From positions 4,653,241 through 4,717,240 of the forward strand of contig OZ316899.1 of NCBI GenBank assembly GCA_973895155.1: a stretch of DNA of 64,000 nt. The letters run 5' to 3'. This stretch comes from Marsupella aquatica. Lineage: Eukaryota > Plantae > Marchantiophyta. Positions within the stretch are counted from its first letter, which is position 1. Every line of letters starts with the position of its first letter. Under the pieces are notes generated by a model, which did not search any database, had not been told where the DNA came from, and was given only the letters and a program-made list of their open reading frames with translations. Of the stretch, positions 59,007 to 64,000 are shown in pieces. The position numbers and the translations under genes were made by a program.

Positions 59007-59764
59007 ATTCGGTCATATTAGAATGTGACTTCCCCCCTTCCCAATTTTTCATCAATTGGCATCTGATGGTCTTTAATTGATCTCTATTTTTTAGGTCTGT
59101 TATTGACGTCTGAATGAGGTTTCGGGTATTCTAGACTGTTTCAAGACTGTGGCGCTGGGCGCTAGTATTACGATGTGTTTCAAAATAACGGATTTTAGAG
59201 GTTTCAATTTCATTTTGAGAGAGATGTACGATTAGGGAAGATTTTTTTGGTGCAGACATTTGCTGTTATGAGCTTTACTATTTGCTGTTTGTTGTTTCCT
59301 GTTTGTTGTCACCGTCAAAAGCCTCATACCTTGGTTAAGTTCTGGTTTTGTACTTTGATAATGAGTTTCAAGTGTTGGAGTTTGGAAATTGATTGGTATG
59401 TTTGGTTTTTATTTGGATCTTATCAAAACCTCAGCCTGAACATTACTCTTATGTTCTCATGATTTGCTTCACAAAAGCAGCGCCCGACGCTAGTATTCGG
59501 CATGTTTGGGAGATAGATGTTTGATTATGTAGGGTTTGAATGCCCGGTGCTAGTATTGGGCATGATGTATGTGTGATTGCTTTGGCTGTAAATGTCCGGC
59601 GCTAGTATTTGGCATTGCAGAAGTATGAGTATTTTGAGAATGGATTTTCCAAATTTTACCACAATACCAGGAGAAATGTGCACCTTTAATAGGAAATTTT
59701 GCTGTTACCAGTTCCTATTATAGTTTCCTATTTGCTGTTTACTGTCTTTTGTAAATACCTCCTT

Positions 59765-61058
59765 AGTGTTGCATCTGAAACAAGTTGAAGGGTTATAGAG
59801 TTTATCTAGGTATGTGGTTGGAGCAAATTTGTTTGTAGCTCTCGCTTGCAGTTGATTGCTGTTGTTGCGCTTCTAGGGTTTCCTGGGATTGTCATTGTCG
59901 TATCGGGATCTACCACGGCCCCTCCCACAATAGCCATTTCCGCAACCCCTGTAAGATCTGGTCCCTCTGCCTCGTCCTCTGCTATAGTATGATGTTCCCA
60001 AGTGGCCATGTGGTGCATAGTAATGAGTTTCCGGATTTGGTTGTGGTGGGATGGTACCAGGGGGTCTTGATTGGGTATTTCTCAGTATTAACAGTTGGTG
60101 TTTTTTTGCTAGGAGCATATGTGCTAGGAGTTTAGAATATTCGGTAAAGAACATGTTTCGATACTGAGTGGATAGAATCAGATTTGTGGAGTGAAGCGTG
60201 GACAGAGTTTTCTTGATTTGTTCTTCATCTCTTACTCGCTGCCCGCAGATGGCTAATTAAGCAACTATTCTGAATAGTGTGCTATTGTAATCTGCAATTG
60301 TTTTGTGGTCTTGGACTCAAAGATTGATCCAATCATGTCTTGCTGCAGGAAGAAAGATGGTGCGCGTGTGGTCAAATTGCAAGTGGAGTTTGTCCTAGAG
60401 GATCTGAGGATTGCATTCGTTCATGTACTGTCTCTTGAGGGAATTGGCTAGGTGATGCCGGATCAATATTAAGGCCTTGGCCTTTTGTTGCAATGATGTA
60501 CCAGCGTCTATATATAATGATAGTATCATGTAAATCTTTTGAGGCAAGATGTGCTTCAATATCTAGGGACCACAATAAGTAGTTGGAGCCATCAATATTC
60601 AGTGCTTGGAAAAGCAGTTTCTCAATCAAATTCGTAGCTCTGTGATCCATATCTTGGATGGGCTGGAGAAAAAGAAATTGTGCTTCTATTTTGTCTCGGT
60701 ATTGTTGCTCCTTTTGCTCATAGATAGGTGGTAGGCCACCTGGGACAATTTGTTCCTTTGTAATCCGTGTATATGGGAAACATAAGAAAAAAAGGGGATT
60801 CAATTTGAATCGTCTCCTGTCCAAGATCAAGGAATTGCCTCTTGAAAGATGCATTCCGGATCTATGTCTCCCCGATGTGTATCCTTGGAAAAAAATTGTC
60901 TTGAGCAAAACATCATGCTGATACCATGTACATCTGAAAGAAGAAGTTCATTAATCATCAATGGGATACATATGAGGAATTGAGGAGAAGGTAGTTATGG
61001 CGGTTATGCTTAGCCTAAGTAGAGTAGGACTAACCTATGATTAACTTAGGTTACAACA
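59765..61058 (-). mobile_element. Truncated Bianca-type copia E: 5' LTR (~60927-61058), PBS and gag
   Basis: Minus strand TGTTGTAAC...TACA then TGGTATCAGCATG; ALNIDGSNYLLWSLDIEAHL; YSKLLAHMLLA; ends at the CFRC knuckle. Confidence 0.8.
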
Positions 61059-61493
61059 GGCTATGGGTTTTAATAATGGTTTTCATGGAAAAGTACTAAA
61101 CAAACAATAACTTGTACTTCTTCCAATCATGCTGAAATTATTGCCTTGAATGAAGCTAGTAGAGAATGTATATGGTTAAGAAGAATCATTGACCATATTT
61201 GTATCCAATGTGGCTTACCAACATTAACCCAACCCACTCTGTTGTTCAAAGACAATTATACATGTGTTCAACAAATATCAAAATGATTCATCAAAGGAGA
61301 TTGGATTAAATACATAGTTCCAAAATTCTTCTTTACTCATGAGCAACAAGGAGATACCATCCAAGTGGAGGCCATTGTTGGAAAAGACAACCATGCCAAC
61401 CTATTTACCAAACCTTTACCCCCAGCAGTACATCAAGCTCAGTGTCATGGCATAGGCCTAAGAAGACTATCTAGAATCAGGGATCAATCATAG
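61059..61493 (+). pseudogene. Copia RNaseH fragment (element F)
   Basis: FSWKSTKQTITCTSSNHAEIIALNEASRECIWLR...NLFTKPLP. Confidence 0.85.
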
Positions 61494-61507
61494 AAAATAC
61501 TTATAAC

Positions 61508-64000
61508 TGTTGAGAGACACACGTGCCATAGCTAAATCACCAACATGTATTCTTCCATTAGAGGGTAATATGTATGTGTGGTACATAGGTGGGCAGTTAT
61601 GTAAACGCCTCCGTCCTATTAACTAATGTTGTTAACTAGGGTTAGATTTAGACTTATAACACTCCCCCTTGGTTGGTTAATAAAGCAACCATACTAGGGT
61701 AAAGTCTAATCCTGGGAAAATAGTTAATATGGTTCCCATATTTTTGGTGTGGTCTCATTAAAACCCTCTTGCTTTCTTCCAAGGGAAAGAGCGCCACCAC
61801 CTACATGTTATGGGATCATATGGTTGCAATTGAGTGATTCAAAGTAAGTGTAAAGTTGTATTATGTGGAAACTTGCTAGGTTTGGGTGTTTGTGTCTACC
61901 GATTGAGTTGTATTTGTATACACTATAAGTGTTGGCGTGAAGGTTGGTTTTCATGGGGAAGTTTGGGAGGAATATAGAGTCTGTGTTCTAGTGTTGTGCG
62001 TCAATTATGTGAGCAAGTTGCAAGGCGGAATCAATGTTAGATATGGTTGAAGCGTCATCTGGGTTAGATAGGTAGTTGGCATCCACAGAGCCTATTAGGA
62101 TATTGGGCATATTCTTTGGGAAATAAAGTCCCAAATCAATGGTTCCTAGCAGGTATCTGAATATGTGCTTAATATTGTTCCAGTGTCGGATTGTTGGCTG
62201 TGAGCTGTGGCGAGCAAGCAGGCTAACCGCAAAGGAAATGTTGGGGCATGTCTGGTTGGCAAGGTAAGGTTTCTCCGGTCCCATAACTAATTTGGTCTCC
62301 ATGCATTTCTTGAACATGTCCTTAAGTGGATCTAGGGATCGTAGTTTCATCGGTGTACTGACAGGGTGGGCATGTTGCATATTGAATTGCTTGATTATCT
62401 TCTTGGTGTATGTGGATTGGTTGATCAGTATCCCGTTAGGTAGGCAATGGAATTGTACTCTAAGCCAGTAGTTAGGTGCTTCAAGGTCTTTCATTTCAAA
62501 AACTCCTTTCAATGTCTTGATTGTCTATGTTGTGAGTTTTGGAGTGCCAAATATGTTGATGTCGTCAACATATATGGCAAGTATGGCAAATATGGTGCTG
62601 ATTTGCTAAATAAATAGGCAGGGGGCTATATGTTTGTTGGTGAAGTTCAGAGCTAGCATTTCCGCTTTGAATCGTTTGAACCTGCTTTAGCTCTGTTTAA
62701 GTCCATATAAAGAGCGTAATACCTGTACAGCAAAAGCCTTCTGGACTTTTGTTTTTGTAGTATTTTTCTGTATGCTTAGATTGGTAGTAGGCCAATTTTT
62801 TACTTCAGTTGAGGGGGTAGCGAGGATCATCAGTTATCAATGGCTGATAACTGTTATTAGTTATCAGTTTTACCGCCTTGAAATTTCTGAATCTCAGCTG
62901 AGGAGCTGAGATAGGGCCTTTGCACTTTTGCGCATCTCAGCTGGGCAGCTGAGATTGACTCAATTTCAACTGACCTTGCCGAGAGCGGCGTAAGGACAAA
63001 AAAAATTCCCTCTCTTTTTTGGAAAAATTCAAACAAAAAAAATTTAAAAAGTTTTTTTTCTCCATCAAGTTGCTAGAAAAAAACTCTTTTTTTGTTGCAT
63101 TTTTTCAGCGCCCCAACTTGGCGGCCTCTCTGAGATGACATGACGACTGATATCAGGTCAACTGATGGAAAACACTGATAACTGATGATGTAACTTTACT
63201 CTTTTGTTGAGTGTAGTGCATATTTTTGTTGTTGGACTGAAGGTCCATTCGATGTCTCCAGGATTTGTCTAGTAGGGGCAATGTGGATAGGTCTGGCATT
63301 TTGTTTGGCAGTAGGTTGTTTAGGGTCCTTTGGTGTGTGTAGCACACTGGGACTCTCTTATGGGCTGAAGGTCCATCTTGAATAATTTGCTTGATGTCTG
63401 GTAACAAGTCTGGGGCTAATGTGTGGGCTCTCTCCTCCTGATATGGAAATCCACTCTCTAGAGTAATTTGGGGGGTGCCTTTATATAAATTTTTACCATA
63501 GGGGTATGCAATGACCACGTCCATGAGATGCATGACGAGGTTGTGGGTTAAAGTGAAGGCAATCATATATCTATAGGTAATGGTGTCCATGACAGGGGAA
63601 TAGGTGAGGTCCTAATCACATCCGTGGATCTGGGTATAGCCCTTTGCAACCAGGAGGGCTTTATATTTATTGACTTTGCTTATGGCGTTCCTCGTTCTTA
63701 CAAAGATGAACTTGTAGCCTGTGAAGTTTGTATTTGGTAATATAGGGATTATCTTTTTGAAGACTTGTCTTTTAATAAGTGAGTCCAATTTGGAGTTGAT
63801 GGCAGCTTCCCACTGTGGCCAGTCGTCTCTTTTTTGTGCTTCAAGAACTGTAAGTGGATCTGGTGCTTCCTTTGTAATTTCTTGTGAGATTACGAATGCA
63901 AATTGGTCATTTATTTTGGTGTTATCTTGAGGCCAGGTTCTTCCTGTGTGCATGTATTGGATGGATATCTCTTCATTGTCTCTATTGGGTGTTGGTTTGG
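61508..64000 (-). mobile_element. Bianca-type copia G, 3' part: RT fragments, PPT, 3' LTR (61508-61661); continues beyond window
   Basis: Minus strand AAGGGGGAG|TGTTATAAG...CAACA; RT fragments 61988-62512, 63153-63590 and 63612-63953. Confidence 0.87.
62826..63189. mobile_element. MITE-like non-coding insertion in RT of G
   Basis: Inverted repeats ATCATCAGTTATCAAT (62826) and ACTGATAACTGATGAT (63174-63189); internal TCAGCTG/CTGAGA and TGATAAC repeats; interrupts RT. TSD not resolved. Confidence 0.6.

Larger units (their letters stand above)
76..59604. repeat. Dispersed 15-bp palindrome TAGCGCCnGGCGCTA (~25 copies) confined to non-coding DNA of the Mutator-like backbone
   Basis: Copies start at 76, 144, 950, 2099, 2132, 3119, 3711, 5429, 5500, 5561, 7815, 7929, 46160, 46296, 46412, 46470, 47659, 49101, 49887, 49950, 51074, 59150 and 59478. 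Degenerate copies at 2303, 59538 and 59590. None seen inside the LTR elements. Confidence 0.92.
3398..59746. mobile_element. Candidate large Mutator-like (MULE) DNA transposon, ~11.5 kb after removing nested LTR elements
   Basis: Transposase (minus strand), divergent ORF at 8280, ParB-MTase gene and the shared palindrome are all colinear once TSD-bounded insertions are removed. Possible degenerate terminal inverted repeats: ACCGTGACAGCAAATAGTAAA (3399) vs reverse complement of 59724-59745, ACAGTAAACAGCAAATAGGAAA. No TSD found, so the ends are tentative. Confidence 0.55.

Overview
This is eukaryotic, transposon-only DNA, most likely from a non-seed land plant (inferred from GT-AG introns, plant tRNA-type primer-binding sites and the retroelement lineages). 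I found no host housekeeping gene, RNA gene or CRISPR array. The backbone (1-8555, 45567-51208, 59007-~59745) is a decayed Mutator-like DNA transposon family. It carries a DDE+SWIM transposase and a multi-exon cargo gene that fuses a ParB/Srx-like domain to a beta-class N4/N6 DNA-methyltransferase-like fold; two diverged copies of this gene are present. Its introns and intergenic DNA hold about 25 copies of a 15-bp palindrome, TAGCGCCnGGCGCTA. A nest of non-chromovirus Ty3/gypsy elements is inserted in it: B (8556-45561, TSD CAAGT), A inside the LTR of B (9103-23970, TSD CCCAA, intact and very young), C inside the integrase of B (27895-44334, TSD TCTTG), and an inverted fragment of another C copy. 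All three have giant 4.0-4.7 kb LTRs. Each LTR contains a long sense ORF (PMD/plant-transposon-protein-like plus coiled coil), and pol reads through the PPT into the LTR. The right part holds Bianca-type Ty1/copia elements: one full-length (51209-59006) with an antisense extra ORF flanked by ACGT-rich DNA, three fragments, and a MITE-like insertion.
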